The notes beneath the pieces were generated by a model. It saw only the letters and a list, made by a program, of their open reading frames with translations, made no database searches and was not told where the DNA came from. A DNA stretch of 46,610 nucleotides from an uncultured Candidatus Saccharibacteria bacterium (GTDB taxonomy: Bacteria > Patescibacteriota > Minisyncoccia > Phycocordibacterales > UBA3531): contig CAYIAA010000005.1 in NCBI GenBank assembly GCA_964361405.1, forward strand, positions 1 through 46,610, read 5' to 3'. Below are positions 9,293 through 18,888 of this stretch, piece by piece. Both the position numbers and the translations under genes were made by a program. Numbering within the stretch: the stretch's first letter is position 1; each line of letters opens with the position of its first letter.

Positions 9293-9386
9293 CAGTAGCG
9301 GTATGGGGAGAGATTACCCGCCCGAGAGGGTGAGAAATACTTGGTACTCTACGCGGGCAATGACAGCTCGTTAGTTATTTTTATTT

Positions 9387-11534
9387 ATGGCCAGAGATTA
9401 TCCATTAGAGAGAGTTCGCAATATCGGCATTATCGCTCATATTGACGCCGGTAAAACGACGACGAGCGAGCGCGTTCTCTTTTATACTGGTGTTTCGCAT
9501 AAAATTGGAGAGGTGCATGAAGGCGAGGCGGTGATGGACTGGATGGAACAGGAACGCGAGCGCGGGATTACGATTACGAGTGCCGCAACGACTTGTTTTT
9601 GGACGCCGACGTATGCCGCGGGCGACGAAGGGAAAAAGCACCGCATCAATATTATTGACACGCCCGGACACGTTGATTTCACCGCAGAAGTTGAGCGCTC
9701 GCTCAAAGTCCTCGACGGCGGTGTTGTGGTTTTTGACGGAGTCGCTGGTGTTGAGCCGCAGTCGGAAACCGTGTGGCGCCAGGCGGACAAATATCTTGTG
9801 CCTCGGATTTGTTTTATCAATAAACTTGACCGCACTGGTGCAAGCTTTGAATTTTCCTACGGAACCATTATTGATCGTCTTACGAAAAAAGCGGTGAGAG
9901 TCCAGATTCCGATTGGAGCGGAGAGTGGATTTTCGGGTGTCGTTGACCTTCTTACCGAGAAAGCATATGGATTCAGCGGGGAGCATGGAGAGAATGTCGA
10001 TGAAATTCCAATTCCGGAAAATCTGATTGATGTCACGAAGCGTTTTCGCGATGCACTCGTCGAACGCATTGTGGAACATGATGAAACGGCGCTCCACGAA
10101 TACCTTGAAGGAAAGAAAATCCCGGTGGAAACACTCAAGAAAATTCTCCGGAAGGCTGTCATCGCGAACGATTTGGTTCCGGTATTTTGCGGTTCGGCGC
10201 TTAAGAATAAAGGCGTTCAGTTGGTTCTCGACGGTGTAATCGATTACCTCCCGTCGCCGATTGATATTCCACCTATCCGCGGGGCTGACCCAGAGACTGG
10301 GGAAGAGATTGTACGCGAGACTCGGGACGATGCCCCACTCGCGGCATTCGCTTTTAAACTTCAGACCGACCCATTCGTAGGGGCGCTGACATATTTCAGG
10401 GTTTATTCGGGTGTTCTCAAGGCAGGTTCCTATGTGTATAACTCGACGACGGGCGAGAAAGAGCGCGCTGGGAGAATCTTACGCATGCATGCGAACGAGC
10501 GGGAGGAAGTGAGCGAAGTGTATGCTGGAGAAATTGCGGCGCTTGTAGGGCTCAAAAATACGCATACCTCGGACACACTCTGTGACCCCGATCACCCAAT
10601 CGTGCTTGAAAAAATCGAATTTCCAGAACCGGTTGTTTCGATGCGCATCGAACCGAAGACAAGAGCCGATCAGGAAAAAATGGGTATCGCATTGCGCAAA
10701 CTCGCTGAAGCGGACCCGACGTTCCGTGTGTCCACCGATCAAGAAACACTCGAAACCATTATTTCCGGCATGGGTGAATTGCACCTCGAGATTATCGTTG
10801 ACCGAATGAAACGCGAATTTGGCGTTCTTGCAACATCTGGGAAACCCCAAGTCGCCTATAAAGAAACGATTACGGCCCCCGCCGAGGCAGAGGCGAAATA
10901 TATCAGGCAGACGGGTGGGCACGGACAGTACGGGCATGTGAAGATCAAGATAAAACCTCTCGAGCCCGAGGTTGAGGGGGCGAAGCAAAAGAAAGGGAAA
11001 GGAACAAAACGCGAGGTGGGCTATGAGTTTGTGAATAGTATCAAAGGAGGCGCAATTCCGCAGGAGTTTATCCCTGCGGTTGAGAAAGGGGTGCGTGAAG
11101 CGATGACAAAAGGCGTCCTTGCCGGGTTTTCACTGACCAATGTTTCCTGTGAGCTTTTCGACGGATCGTTCCATGACGTAGATTCGTCAGAAATCGCATT
11201 TAAGATTGCCGGGTCTATGGCACTTCAAGACGCGGCAAAGCGGGCGAAGCCGGTTATTTTGGAACCCATTATGCGGATTGAAATCGTGACGCCGGAGAAA
11301 TTTATGGGAGATATCACTGGGCACTTGAGTTCAAAGCGTGGACAGGTCGAAGGTATGCTCGAGCGCGGTAGTGCAAAGGTAATCCACGCCCATGTTCCGC
11401 TTTCGGAGATGTTCGGTTATGTGACGACACTTCGTTCAATGAGCGAGGGGCGGGCGTCGTTCACCATGGAATTTGACCGGTACGCCATCGTACCGAGGAA
11501 TGCAGCTGAGGAGATTATCGCTTCCCGGACCTAA
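9387..11534 (+). CDS. fusA: Elongation factor G
   Basis: [18 protein letters not shown] and NKLDR GTPase motifs, 715 aa, in str-operon position. Confidence 0.97.
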   Translation: MARDYPLERVRNIGIIAHIDAGKTTTSERVLFYTGVSHKIGEVHEGEAVMDWMEQERERGITITSAATTCFWTPTYAAGDEGKKHRINIIDTPGHVDFTAEVERSLKVLDGGVVVFDGVAGVEPQSETVWRQADKYLVPRICFINKLDRTGASFEFSYGTIIDRLTKKAVRVQIPIGAESGFSGVVDLLTEKAYGFSGEHGENVDEIPIPENLIDVTKRFRDALVERIVEHDETALHEYLEGKKIPVETLKKILRKAVIANDLVPVFCGSALKNKGVQLVLDGVIDYLPSPIDIPPIRGADPETGEEIVRETRDDAPLAAFAFKLQTDPFVGALTYFRVYSGVLKAGSYVYNSTTGEKERAGRILRMHANEREEVSEVYAGEIAALVGLKNTHTSDTLCDPDHPIVLEKIEFPEPVVSMRIEPKTRADQEKMGIALRKLAEADPTFRVSTDQETLETIISGMGELHLEIIVDRMKREFGVLATSGKPQVAYKETITAPAEAEAKYIRQTGGHGQYGHVKIKIKPLEPEVEGAKQKKGKGTKREVGYEFVNSIKGGAIPQEFIPAVEKGVREAMTKGVLAGFSLTNVSCELFDGSFHDVDSSEIAFKIAGSMALQDAAKRAKPVILEPIMRIEIVTPEKFMGDITGHLSSKRGQVEGMLERGSAKVIHAHVPLSEMFGYVTTLRSMSEGRASFTMEFDRYAIVPRNAAEEIIASRT

Positions 11535-11618
11535 GAGACAATCCTCTCAGAAAATGACTAGTCTCATTGACTGGAAAATGACTTTCATATACACTCACCA
11601 AGTACGCTCGTAGGCTTT

Positions 11619-11647
11619 GCCTGCCAGCAGGCAGGCGTTTTTTTATT
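11619..11647 (+). terminator. Intrinsic terminator downstream of fusA
   Basis: GCCTGCC-AGCA-GGCAGGC hairpin (11619-11636) followed by GTTTTTTTATT. Confidence 0.7.
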
Positions 11648-11700
11648 AGCTTAGTGATGGCAGAGTGGGAATCTCCCACGTAAGCCAGGAGAGAAGAACC

Positions 11701-12891
11701 ATGGCAGAAGCATTTAACAGATCAAAGCCGCACATAAACGTCGGCACAATTGGACACGTTGACCACGGTAAGACGACACTCACCGCGGCAATTCTTCATG
11801 TGCTCAATTTGGCCGGTCAAAAAGTCAAACTCAGAAGCGTTGACCAGATTGACTCCGCTCCAGAAGAAAAGGCTCGCGGAATTACGATCGCTCTCTCACA
11901 CAATGAGTATGAAACTGCGGCGCGCCACTACGCGCACATTGACGCTCCGGGTCACGCTGACTACATCAAGAATATGATTACGGGCGCCGCCCAGATGGAC
12001 GGCGCAATTATCGTTGTTGCGGCGACGGATGGTGTTATGCCACAGACGCGTGAGCACATTCTCCTTGCGCGGCAAGTTGGAGTTCCCAAAATCATCGTAT
12101 TTTTGAACAAGGTAGACATGGTTCCCGAGAAAGATATGATTGATCTTGTTGAGGAAGAGGTGAGAGAACTCTTGAAGAAATATGAATACGATGAAAAAGC
12201 CCCTATCATAAGAGGTTCAGCGCTTAAAGCACTTGAGGCGAAGAGTATAGATGACGAGTGGGCAAAGAAAATTCTCGAACTCACGAAGGCGCTTGACGAA
12301 TATCTTCCCCAGCCAGTTCGCGAGGTTGATAAGCCCTTCCTTATGCCTATTGAAGACGTATTCTCGATTGAAGGACGCGGAACGGTGGTAACTGGTCGCG
12401 TTGAACGCGGCAAGGTGAAAGTTGGAGAGGAAGTCGAGCTTGTAGGACTTCGCCCGACCACAAAGACGACCGTGACTGGTATTGAAATGTTTAATAAAAC
12501 GCTTGATGAAGGTCTTGCCGGAGATAACGCCGGTGTTCTTCTCCGCGGAGTGAAAAAGGAAGACATTGACCGTGGACAAGTTATCGCGAAAATTGGTTCG
12601 GTTACTCCGCATACTGACTTCGAGGCCGAAGTCTACATTCTGAAGAAAGAGGAAGGCGGCAGACATACGCCGTTTTTCACCGGATATAAACCCCAGTTCT
12701 ACATTCGTACGACTGATGTCACCGGAGAGGTAACGCTCCCCGAAGGGATAGAGATGGTGATGCCAGGCGACACAATCAAGTTTAAAGTAAAACTTGTGGC
12801 GGCGGTCGCGCTTGAGGAAAAGCAACGGTTTGCAATCCGCGAAGGAGGTAAGACCGTTGGCGCGGGCGTGGTGACTAAGGTTGTAAGCTAA
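11701..12891 (+). CDS. tuf: Elongation factor Tu
   Basis: The ATG at 11701 is preceded by AGGAGAGAAGAACC. Sequence features: [18 protein letters not shown] and NKVD. Confidence 0.97.
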   Translation: MAEAFNRSKPHINVGTIGHVDHGKTTLTAAILHVLNLAGQKVKLRSVDQIDSAPEEKARGITIALSHNEYETAARHYAHIDAPGHADYIKNMITGAAQMDGAIIVVAATDGVMPQTREHILLARQVGVPKIIVFLNKVDMVPEKDMIDLVEEEVRELLKKYEYDEKAPIIRGSALKALEAKSIDDEWAKKILELTKALDEYLPQPVREVDKPFLMPIEDVFSIEGRGTVVTGRVERGKVKVGEEVELVGLRPTTKTTVTGIEMFNKTLDEGLAGDNAGVLLRGVKKEDIDRGQVIAKIGSVTPHTDFEAEVYILKKEEGGRHTPFFTGYKPQFYIRTTDVTGEVTLPEGIEMVMPGDTIKFKVKLVAAVALEEKQRFAIREGGKTVGAGVVTKVVS

Positions 12892-12968
12892 AGATTACAG
12901 CGGTGGCTACGGACGTCGAAAAAACTCCCAAGCGAGTCGCGAAAAAGAAGGCGGAGAAGGAGAAAGAA

Positions 12969-13277
12969 GTGATCCAAAAACTTCGGATTCGAATTTCCGC
13001 TTATGAGAACAAAATTCTCGACGCCTCGGCAAAACAGATTATGGATACGGCCGAGCGCTATGACGCTACGGTACGAGGTCCTGTGCCGCTTCCGACATCC
13101 ATCAAGAAGTACACGGTGAACCGAAGCTCCTTCGTGCACAAAGATGCGCGCGAGCAATTTGAGATGCGCATTCACAAACGACTTATTGATATCGAGAATC
13201 CCTCTCCAAAAATTATTGAGAGCCTCACGAGTCTCGATCTTCCTTCTGGTGTCAATATCGACGTCAAGATGATGTAG
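12969..13277 (+). CDS. rpsJ: 30S ribosomal protein S10
   Basis: The GTG at 12969 is preceded by AAGGAG (12957-12962) at 6-nt spacing. It gives the canonical-length protein MIQKLRIRISAYENKILD... The ORF-track start at 12903 would add a 22-aa Lys/Glu-rich extension. Confidence 0.88.
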   Translation: MIQKLRIRISAYENKILDASAKQIMDTAERYDATVRGPVPLPTSIKKYTVNRSSFVHKDAREQFEMRIHKRLIDIENPSPKIIESLTSLDLPSGVNIDVKMM

Positions 13278-13280
13278 TGC

Positions 13281-13301
13281 CCGCCGGCCTTGGGCCGGCG
13301 G
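13281..13301 (+). terminator. GC-rich hairpin after rpsJ (probable terminator)
   Basis: CCGCCGGCC-TTG-GGCCGGCGG, followed within 10 nt by a T-rich tract (TCTATCTTTCTTTTGCTTTCTTTTG). Confidence 0.5.
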
Positions 13302-13329
13302 CGAGAATCTATCTTTCTTTTGCTTTCTT

Positions 13330-13357
13330 TTGACAGTCTCGGGATTTCTGGTAGGAT
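13330..13357 (+). promoter_or_regulatory. Promoter of the rplC operon (TTGACA-N16-TAGGAT)
   Basis: TTGACA at 13330-13335 and TAGGAT at 13352-13357, lying between the rpsJ hairpin and rplC. Confidence 0.55.
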
Positions 13358-13363
13358 ACCGGT

Positions 13364-13381
13364 AATCCCGCTTGCGGGATT
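13364..13381 (+). promoter_or_regulatory. 5'-terminal leader hairpin AATCCCGCTTGCGGGATT, shared with the infC leader
   Basis: It starts 6 nt after the -10 box, is followed by TATATATG (the rplC start), and is identical to the minus-strand element at 30923-30940. Confidence 0.6.
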
Positions 13382-13386
13382 TATAT

Positions 13387-14010
13387 ATGAAATTCTTACT
13401 CGGAACAAAAGAGGGAATGAGCCAGGTGTTTGCTGAGGATGGGACGTGTTACCCCGTGACGGTGTTTACTGCGGGGCCATGCGTTGTAACGCAGATTAAA
13501 ACCGCCCCGAAAGAGGGATACACTGCGCTCCAATTTGGCTTTGGGTCAAAACGTGAGGTGCTCATACCAAAACCCGAGAAAGGGCACCTGAAAGAGCTCG
13601 GTGCCTTCAGGCACTTGCGTGAGGCGCATTTCACACCCGAAGAGGCGTTAAAATTTAAGATTGGAGACAAGGTCGATGTAACCCTTTTTTCCCCTGGGGA
13701 GCTTGTGCGACTGACAGGTGTCTCAAAGGGCAAGGGGTTTCAGGGTGTGGTAAAAAGGCACGGATTCTCCGGAGGTTCTCGAACTCATGGACAGAAACAT
13801 TCCGAACGCGAAGCTGGTGCTATCGGAGGTGGTGGACGCGGCGGAGGGCGCGTCATTAAGGGTATGCGTATGGCGGGAAGGATGGGAGGCGAAAGAATTA
13901 CCGCTAAAAATGTCGAAGTAATCAGGATTGACCCAGTACGCAATGAGCTCTTTATTCGAGGCGCTGCTCCTGGAAGGCGGGGGAGTTTAGTAATGATTAG
14001 TTCGCAGTAA
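13387..14010 (+). CDS. rplC: 50S ribosomal protein L3
   Basis: MKFLLGTKEGMSQVF...GVSKGKGFQGVVKRHGF, in S10-operon order. Confidence 0.95.
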   Translation: MKFLLGTKEGMSQVFAEDGTCYPVTVFTAGPCVVTQIKTAPKEGYTALQFGFGSKREVLIPKPEKGHLKELGAFRHLREAHFTPEEALKFKIGDKVDVTLFSPGELVRLTGVSKGKGFQGVVKRHGFSGGSRTHGQKHSEREAGAIGGGGRGGGRVIKGMRMAGRMGGERITAKNVEVIRIDPVRNELFIRGAAPGRRGSLVMISSQ

Positions 14011-14017
14011 AGAAAAT

Positions 14018-14680
14018 ATGGAAGCGCTCGTATACAGATCGAAAGACGCGAGTGAGATCGGGAAGGTGGAAATCCCCGAGCGGCTTTTTGGTGTCCGGTG
14101 GAATGCTAACCTCGTGCACCAGGTTGCGGAGTCTATGCGCTCAAACAAGCGTATGAACACGGCGAGTGTGAAAGATAGAGGAGAAGTTCGAGGTGGTGGT
14201 AAAAAGCCATGGCGTCAGAAGGGTACCGGAAAGGCTCGTCATGGATCCATTCGTTCTCCTCTTTGGGTGGGTGGTGGTGTAACCCACGGCCCGACGCCGG
14301 AGCGTGACTACAAGAAGAAAATCAACCGGAAAATGAAAACGCGCGCTCTTTTCACTGTACTCTCGCAGAAATTTCGTGACGGCGAGGTTATCTTGGTTGA
14401 TGAACTCCCCTTCTCCGCTCCAAAGACCCGCGAGGCTCGGATTATTCTCGAGCGCCTTTCCGGGATTCCCGGAGCGGAGAAGATGAAGTATCTACGCGGC
14501 AAACGAGTTCTCATCATTGTCCCTTCGCGCGATTTATTACTTGAGAGAAGTTTCAGAAATATCGGAAGTGCCAGGGTGGAAGAAGCTCGAAATGTGAGCC
14601 CGCTTGACCTTCTCACCTATCAATATGTGGTGGTCGTTCGTCCAAGCGAGAGCTTCGAAGTTATTGACGGACGTGCTTAG
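14018..14680 (+). CDS. rplD: 50S ribosomal protein L4
   Basis: GGGKKPWRQKGTGKARHGSIRSPLWVGGGVTHGP, after rplC. Confidence 0.95.
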   Translation: MEALVYRSKDASEIGKVEIPERLFGVRWNANLVHQVAESMRSNKRMNTASVKDRGEVRGGGKKPWRQKGTGKARHGSIRSPLWVGGGVTHGPTPERDYKKKINRKMKTRALFTVLSQKFRDGEVILVDELPFSAPKTREARIILERLSGIPGAEKMKYLRGKRVLIIVPSRDLLLERSFRNIGSARVEEARNVSPLDLLTYQYVVVVRPSESFEVIDGRA

Positions 14681-14689
14681 AGTATCGCC

Positions 14690-14989
14690 ATGACAGAAAA
14701 ATCACTCACAAGAAAAAATTCTCCCATACTTCGTCCGCACATGACGGAGAAGGGGACCTTGAACACTCGTGGCGGTGGGGGTGTGTATACATTTGTCGTT
14801 TCTTCTGATGCGGGAAAGATAGAGGTTCGGGAAGAAATAGAACATCGCTACGGAGTGAAGCCGCGGATGGTGCGTATCATTCGGGTAAAACCGAAGACTA
14901 TTTTCGCACGCGGTAGAGAAGGCAAGAAACCTGGATTTAAAAAAGCTGTTGTATATCTCCGTGCGGGAGATAAAATCGAGTACGCATAA
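14690..14989 (+). CDS. rplW: 50S ribosomal protein L23
   Basis: ILRPHMTEKG...YTFVV...KKAVVYL, positioned between L4 and L2. Confidence 0.92.
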   Translation: MTEKSLTRKNSPILRPHMTEKGTLNTRGGGGVYTFVVSSDAGKIEVREEIEHRYGVKPRMVRIIRVKPKTIFARGREGKKPGFKKAVVYLRAGDKIEYA

Positions 14990-14994
14990 TCATC

Positions 14995-15834
14995 ATGAAA
15001 AAGTACGCACCCAGGACTCCATCGCGACGCTCTATGACTGTGGTTACCTACCGTGGTGTTATCACACGTGGAGAGCCCCATAAGCCCCTAACCCGAGGGA
15101 GGAAGCGGGATGTGGGACGAAATGCCGCAGGAAGGATTACGACGAGGCATAAGGGCGGGGGGCATAAACGGCTTTACCGCGATATCGATTTTTTCTATGA
15201 CAAGAAAAATATACCGGCAAAGATCGAGAGCATTGAATACGACCCAAACCGCTCCGGTTTTATTGCACTTATCTGCTACGCAGACGGCGAGCGACGCTAT
15301 GTGCTCGCGCCGCGGAGTCTCAAGCTCGGCGACAAGGTGGAAACTCGGGAAAAGGGAGAAGTGCGTGTTGGAAACAGAATGGCTCTTTCGCATCTTCCCG
15401 TGGGGACCTTTGTTTATAATGTCGAACTTATGCCTGGCGGGGGCGCGAAATTTGTTCGCTCTGCCGGTTCTTACGCAGAAGTGCTTTCTACAGACGGTGG
15501 TTACACCACGCTCAAAATGCCATCCGGGGAGATTCGTCGAGTGAGCGAACGCTCGTACGCGTCCGTCGGGGCAGTTTCAAACGAAGAACATATGTTGGTT
15601 TCAATTGGCAAAGCGGGACGGAGTCGCTGGCTTGGTATTCGTCCGACAGTGCGTGGAACAGCCATGAACCCAGTTGATCACCCTCATGGCGGAGGTGAAG
15701 GACGTCAAGGAAGGGGCCGGCGCCGGAACGTAAGTGCGTGGGGGAAGATAACCGGCGGTGTTAGGACAAGACGCAAAAAGAAGCGCTCTAACTCGATGAT
15801 TGTGGCTCGGAGAGGTGGAGTGAAACGAAGATAA
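14995..15834 (+). CDS. rplB: 50S ribosomal protein L2
   Basis: GRNAAGRITTRHKGGGHKRLYR and MNPVDHPHGGGEGR. Confidence 0.97.
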   Translation: MKKYAPRTPSRRSMTVVTYRGVITRGEPHKPLTRGRKRDVGRNAAGRITTRHKGGGHKRLYRDIDFFYDKKNIPAKIESIEYDPNRSGFIALICYADGERRYVLAPRSLKLGDKVETREKGEVRVGNRMALSHLPVGTFVYNVELMPGGGAKFVRSAGSYAEVLSTDGGYTTLKMPSGEIRRVSERSYASVGAVSNEEHMLVSIGKAGRSRWLGIRPTVRGTAMNPVDHPHGGGEGRQGRGRRRNVSAWGKITGGVRTRRKKKRSNSMIVARRGGVKRR

Positions 15835-15885
15835 AGAAAGGTAAAAAAGCTTTCTTTATCAAACTATTCCACCGCTACGGACGGT

Positions 15886-15935
15886 TTGACATTTATAGGT
15901 CTCACCAGTAGGATGTGGACGAGTCAACGGACTCG
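15886..15935 (+). promoter_or_regulatory. Internal promoter (TTGACA-N17-TAGGAT) plus 5' hairpin in the 161-nt rplB-rpsS gap
   Basis: TTGACA at 15886-15891 and TAGGAT at 15909-15914, then the hairpin CGAGTC-AACG-GACTCG at 15920-15935. Confidence 0.5.
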
Positions 15936-15995
15936 CATCTTCAGCTTTTGGCTGGATGGCCTTGAGCTGATTTTTTTAACGGCAAACGCTATAGA

Positions 15996-16337
15996 ATGTC
16001 ACGATCCCTTAAAAAAGGACCCTATATTGACCCAAAGCTCCTGAAAAAGATTCAGGGTAAGCGGCCTGCGGACATAGGCGCCGTAAAGACATGGTCTCGC
16101 GCGAGTCAGATTGCACCGGAAATGGTTGGATTCACGTTCATGGTTCACAATGGTAAGGATTTTATCGAAGTGAAACCGACCGAGGAAATGGTGGGGCATA
16201 GACTCGGTGAGTTTTCGCTGACAAGGAAATTCGTCAGGCACGGAGGAAAGATTCAGAAGGCCATCGATCAGGCAAAGAAGGGAGCCGAAATCGGTGCGGC
16301 CCAGCAAGCGAAGGCGCAGACAGAAAAAAAGAAATAA
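15996..16337 (+). CDS. rpsS: 30S ribosomal protein S19 with a ~20-aa Ala/Lys/Gln-rich C-terminal extension
   Basis: [12 protein letters not shown]...FMVHNGKDF...[13 protein letters not shown], then [31 protein letters not shown]. Confidence 0.95.
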   Translation: MSRSLKKGPYIDPKLLKKIQGKRPADIGAVKTWSRASQIAPEMVGFTFMVHNGKDFIEVKPTEEMVGHRLGEFSLTRKFVRHGGKIQKAIDQAKKGAEIGAAQQAKAQTEKKK

Positions 16338-16346
16338 ACGAGGCTT

Positions 16347-16715
16347 ATGAAAGCAGTGCTTAAAAATTACGACCAAAGTCCCCGAAAAACGCGCCTCGTT
16401 GCGGACATGATTCGCGGGAAAAATCTCTACCGTGCTTTGGCAGAACTCCACCACCTTCCAAAGCGCGCGGGGGCGACTTTTGAGAAATTACTCCGGAGTG
16501 CCTACGCGAATGCAAAAGTGAAGGATTCAGGAGGAACTCTTTCTCTAGAAGGACTCTATGTGAAAGAGGTACGGGTGGAGAGTGGGGTAACGCTTAAGCG
16601 TTCCCAACCGCGTTCACGTGGAATGGCAAACCCAATCCGCCGACGTCGTTCTCATATTACTGTTACCTTGGACGAACAGAAACCACAAACGAAGACCCTC
16701 GAGAAGAGAAACTAA
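16347..16715 (+). CDS. rplV: 50S ribosomal protein L22
   Basis: SPRKTRLVADMIRGK, positioned after S19. Confidence 0.94.
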   Translation: MKAVLKNYDQSPRKTRLVADMIRGKNLYRALAELHHLPKRAGATFEKLLRSAYANAKVKDSGGTLSLEGLYVKEVRVESGVTLKRSQPRSRGMANPIRRRRSHITVTLDEQKPQTKTLEKRN

Positions 16716-16721
16716 ATTTAT

Positions 16722-17378
16722 ATGTCACACAGTGTTCATCCATACGCACACCGACTTGGTACTCTAAGGGACTGGAAATCCCGCTGGTTTGGTGACCGTC
16801 GTGGATACGTTGATTTTCTGAAGACCGACGTGCTCCTCCGCGAGTACTTGGAAAAAGAGCTGCGCGGACTTTACGTAGACTCTATTGAAATCGAGCGCGG
16901 ACAGACCGTGTACCGCCTCATCGTGAAAACATCGCGACCAGGGCTTCTCATTGGTAGAAGTGGAGAGGGGTCGCTGAAGTTGAGAAAAAATGTACTCACG
17001 TTTCTCAAACGGATTCGTGCATCAGTTCCGAAAGAACTGCGGATTGATATCGAGGAAGTGCGGGCACCGGAATCGCACGCCGCAATCGTGGCACAGATGG
17101 TCGCCGAGAGTTTGGAAAAGCGTATGCCGCACCGAAGAGTGATGAAACAGATGATCCAGAAAGTGGTGGCGAATAAGAACGTAAAAGGCGTTAAGATTGC
17201 ACTCTCGGGTCGGCTTGGAGGATCGGATATCGGACGGAAGGAATATCTGAAAGAAGGAAGAATTCCGCTTCAGACGCTTCGCGCCGACATTGACTTCGCG
17301 CGTGAGAAAGCACATCTCCCCTATGGCGATCTCGGTATTAAGGTTTGGATTTACCGAGGAGATATTTTTGATCGTTAA
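16722..17378 (+). CDS. rpsC: 30S ribosomal protein S3
   Basis: HPYAHRLG...W.SRWF, a KH-like core with RPGLLIGRSGEG, and GRLGGSDIGRKE. Confidence 0.96.
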   Translation: MSHSVHPYAHRLGTLRDWKSRWFGDRRGYVDFLKTDVLLREYLEKELRGLYVDSIEIERGQTVYRLIVKTSRPGLLIGRSGEGSLKLRKNVLTFLKRIRASVPKELRIDIEEVRAPESHAAIVAQMVAESLEKRMPHRRVMKQMIQKVVANKNVKGVKIALSGRLGGSDIGRKEYLKEGRIPLQTLRADIDFAREKAHLPYGDLGIKVWIYRGDIFDR

Positions 17379-17386
17379 TTACTACC

Positions 17387-17809
17387 ATGCTGTACCCAAA
17401 GAAAGTCAAATACCGAAAGTGGCAAACCGGACGTAGAAATCTGAAGCGTGTCCGCATTGAAACGCGCGGAGCGAAGCTCGCATTTGGTTCCCACGGCCTG
17501 AAGGCAAGCGCACATGGACGTATCACCGCCCAACAGCTTGAGGCGGCGAGAAAAACCATGTCTCGCTCCATTAAGAAGGTCGGGAAAATTTGGGTGCGCG
17601 TTTTTCCTGACCGCCCTTTTACACAGAAACCGGCTGAAGTGAAAATGGGAAAAGGAAAGGGTGATCTCGCGGGTTACTGCGTTGAGGTGAATCCTGGGCG
17701 CATTCTTTTTGAGATTGATGGCGTTCCGGGGTCCGAGGCCCGCGATGCACTGAGGAAGGCAGGGAGCAAGGTTTCAGTGAAAACAGTCGTTATTGAACGT
17801 TCACACTAG
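17387..17809 (+). CDS. rplP: 50S ribosomal protein L16
   Basis: MLYPKKVKYRKWQTGR...KMGKGKGD. Confidence 0.96.
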   Translation: MLYPKKVKYRKWQTGRRNLKRVRIETRGAKLAFGSHGLKASAHGRITAQQLEAARKTMSRSIKKVGKIWVRVFPDRPFTQKPAEVKMGKGKGDLAGYCVEVNPGRILFEIDGVPGSEARDALRKAGSKVSVKTVVIERSH

Positions 17810-17820
17810 GTAAAATCTCT

Positions 17821-18006
17821 ATGGAAACCTTTGAAAAACATTCAGGTGATGAACTTATGAAAGTGCTCGTGGAGAAACGGGAAGCTCTCCGTGCTTTTCG
17901 GTTTGGCGTTACCGGCGGCAAAACGAAAAATGTGAAGGAGGGCAGAACCATCCGAAGAACGATTGCCCGTATTTTGACAGAACTCGGGAGCCGGAAGGTA
18001 GAATAA
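17821..18006 (+). CDS. rpmC: 50S ribosomal protein L29
   Basis: 61 aa and helical, with LRAFRF, positioned between L16 and S17. Confidence 0.9.
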   Translation: METFEKHSGDELMKVLVEKREALRAFRFGVTGGKTKNVKEGRTIRRTIARILTELGSRKVE

Positions 18007-18010
18007 CATT

Positions 18011-18268
18011 ATGACTAAAAAGAAAACCGAAGACAAACAGATAAAACGCAAAACCCTCCGCGGGGTCGTGGTGAGCGCTCCCCAAGAGCGCACGCGTACG
18101 GTTTTGGTGAAAACGTTTAAACAAGAGAGACGATACGGAAAGTACGTTCTTCGAAGCAAGCGTTACTTAGTCCACGATGCCGTGAATAAAACCGTGATTG
18201 GTGATACGGTCATTATCCGTGAGTGCCGCCCGATTTCCAAACGGAAGCATTTCGAGGTAGTCTCTTAA
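18011..18268 (+). CDS. rpsQ: 30S ribosomal protein S17
   Basis: RKTLRGVVVSAPQERTRTVLVKTFKQERRYGKYV...VHD...GD.V.I.ECRPISKRK. Confidence 0.93.
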   Translation: MTKKKTEDKQIKRKTLRGVVVSAPQERTRTVLVKTFKQERRYGKYVLRSKRYLVHDAVNKTVIGDTVIIRECRPISKRKHFEVVS

Positions 18269-18270
18269 CC

Positions 18271-18639
18271 ATGCTCCACGAACGAACCATCGTTAAGATT
18301 GCTGACAATACGGGCGCTAAAATCGGCCGGATTTTCCGCGTTCTTGGAGGAACCCGGAAACGGTATGCGAGACTCGGCGATATCGTTGTTCTCTCGGTGC
18401 AAGTTGCCGAACCGCGGAAGATGATTAAGAAAAAAGAAATCCAGCGAGCTGTGGTTGTGCGTCAGTCCCAGCCTTACCGGAGGCGAGATGGATCATATAT
18501 CCGTTTCGACGAGAACGCAGTCGTGATTATTGACGAGAAAAAAGAACCGAAGGGTGGTCGTGTTTTCGGTCCCATCCCGCGGGAGATTGCCGAACGCGGT
18601 TTCCAGAAAATTGCTTCTCTTGCTCCTGAGGTTGTTTGA
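18271..18639 (+). CDS. rplN: 50S ribosomal protein L14
   Basis: The ATG at 18271 gives MLHERTIVKIADNTGAK; the upstream extension of the ORF-track model overlaps rpsQ. Confidence 0.96.
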   Translation: MLHERTIVKIADNTGAKIGRIFRVLGGTRKRYARLGDIVVLSVQVAEPRKMIKKKEIQRAVVVRQSQPYRRRDGSYIRFDENAVVIIDEKKEPKGGRVFGPIPREIAERGFQKIASLAPEVV

Positions 18640-18654
18640 TATCCGTAATCTATT

Positions 18655-18888
18655 ATGAAAACAAAAGTCAAAAAAGGTGATACTGTACGTGTTCTTTCGG
18701 GTTCTGGCAGAGGGTTAAGTGGTAAAGTGCTTGCCGTCTATCCTAAAGAGGAACGAGTTATCGTGGAGGGAGTGAATGTGGTAAAGCGCAGACGTCGGGC
18801 TCGCCGGGCGGGTGAAAAAGGACAAGTAGTCGAGGTGACAATACCCATTCATATATCAAATGTCCGCGCGCTTCGAAGTGAGGGCTAA
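18655..18888 (+). CDS. rplX: 50S ribosomal protein L24 (short form)
   Basis: KVKKGDTVRVLSGSGRG.SGKVL (KOW motif), positioned after L14. Confidence 0.9.
   Translation: MKTKVKKGDTVRVLSGSGRGLSGKVLAVYPKEERVIVEGVNVVKRRRRARRAGEKGQVVEVTIPIHISNVRALRSEG

Noticed and set aside
9405-12825. Long minus-strand ORFs inside fusA and tuf (9405-10097, 10479-10988, 11961-12566, 12217-12825).
   Set aside because: These are shadow ORFs opposite unmistakable EF-G and EF-Tu coding sequence. They have low-complexity Ser/Arg/Phe-rich translations.
12903-12968. A 22-codon N-terminal extension of S10 from the ORF-track GTG start.
   Set aside because: The internal GTG at 12969 has an AAGGAG at ideal spacing and yields the canonical S10 length and N-terminus (MIQKLRIRI). 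The extension is still possible but less likely.
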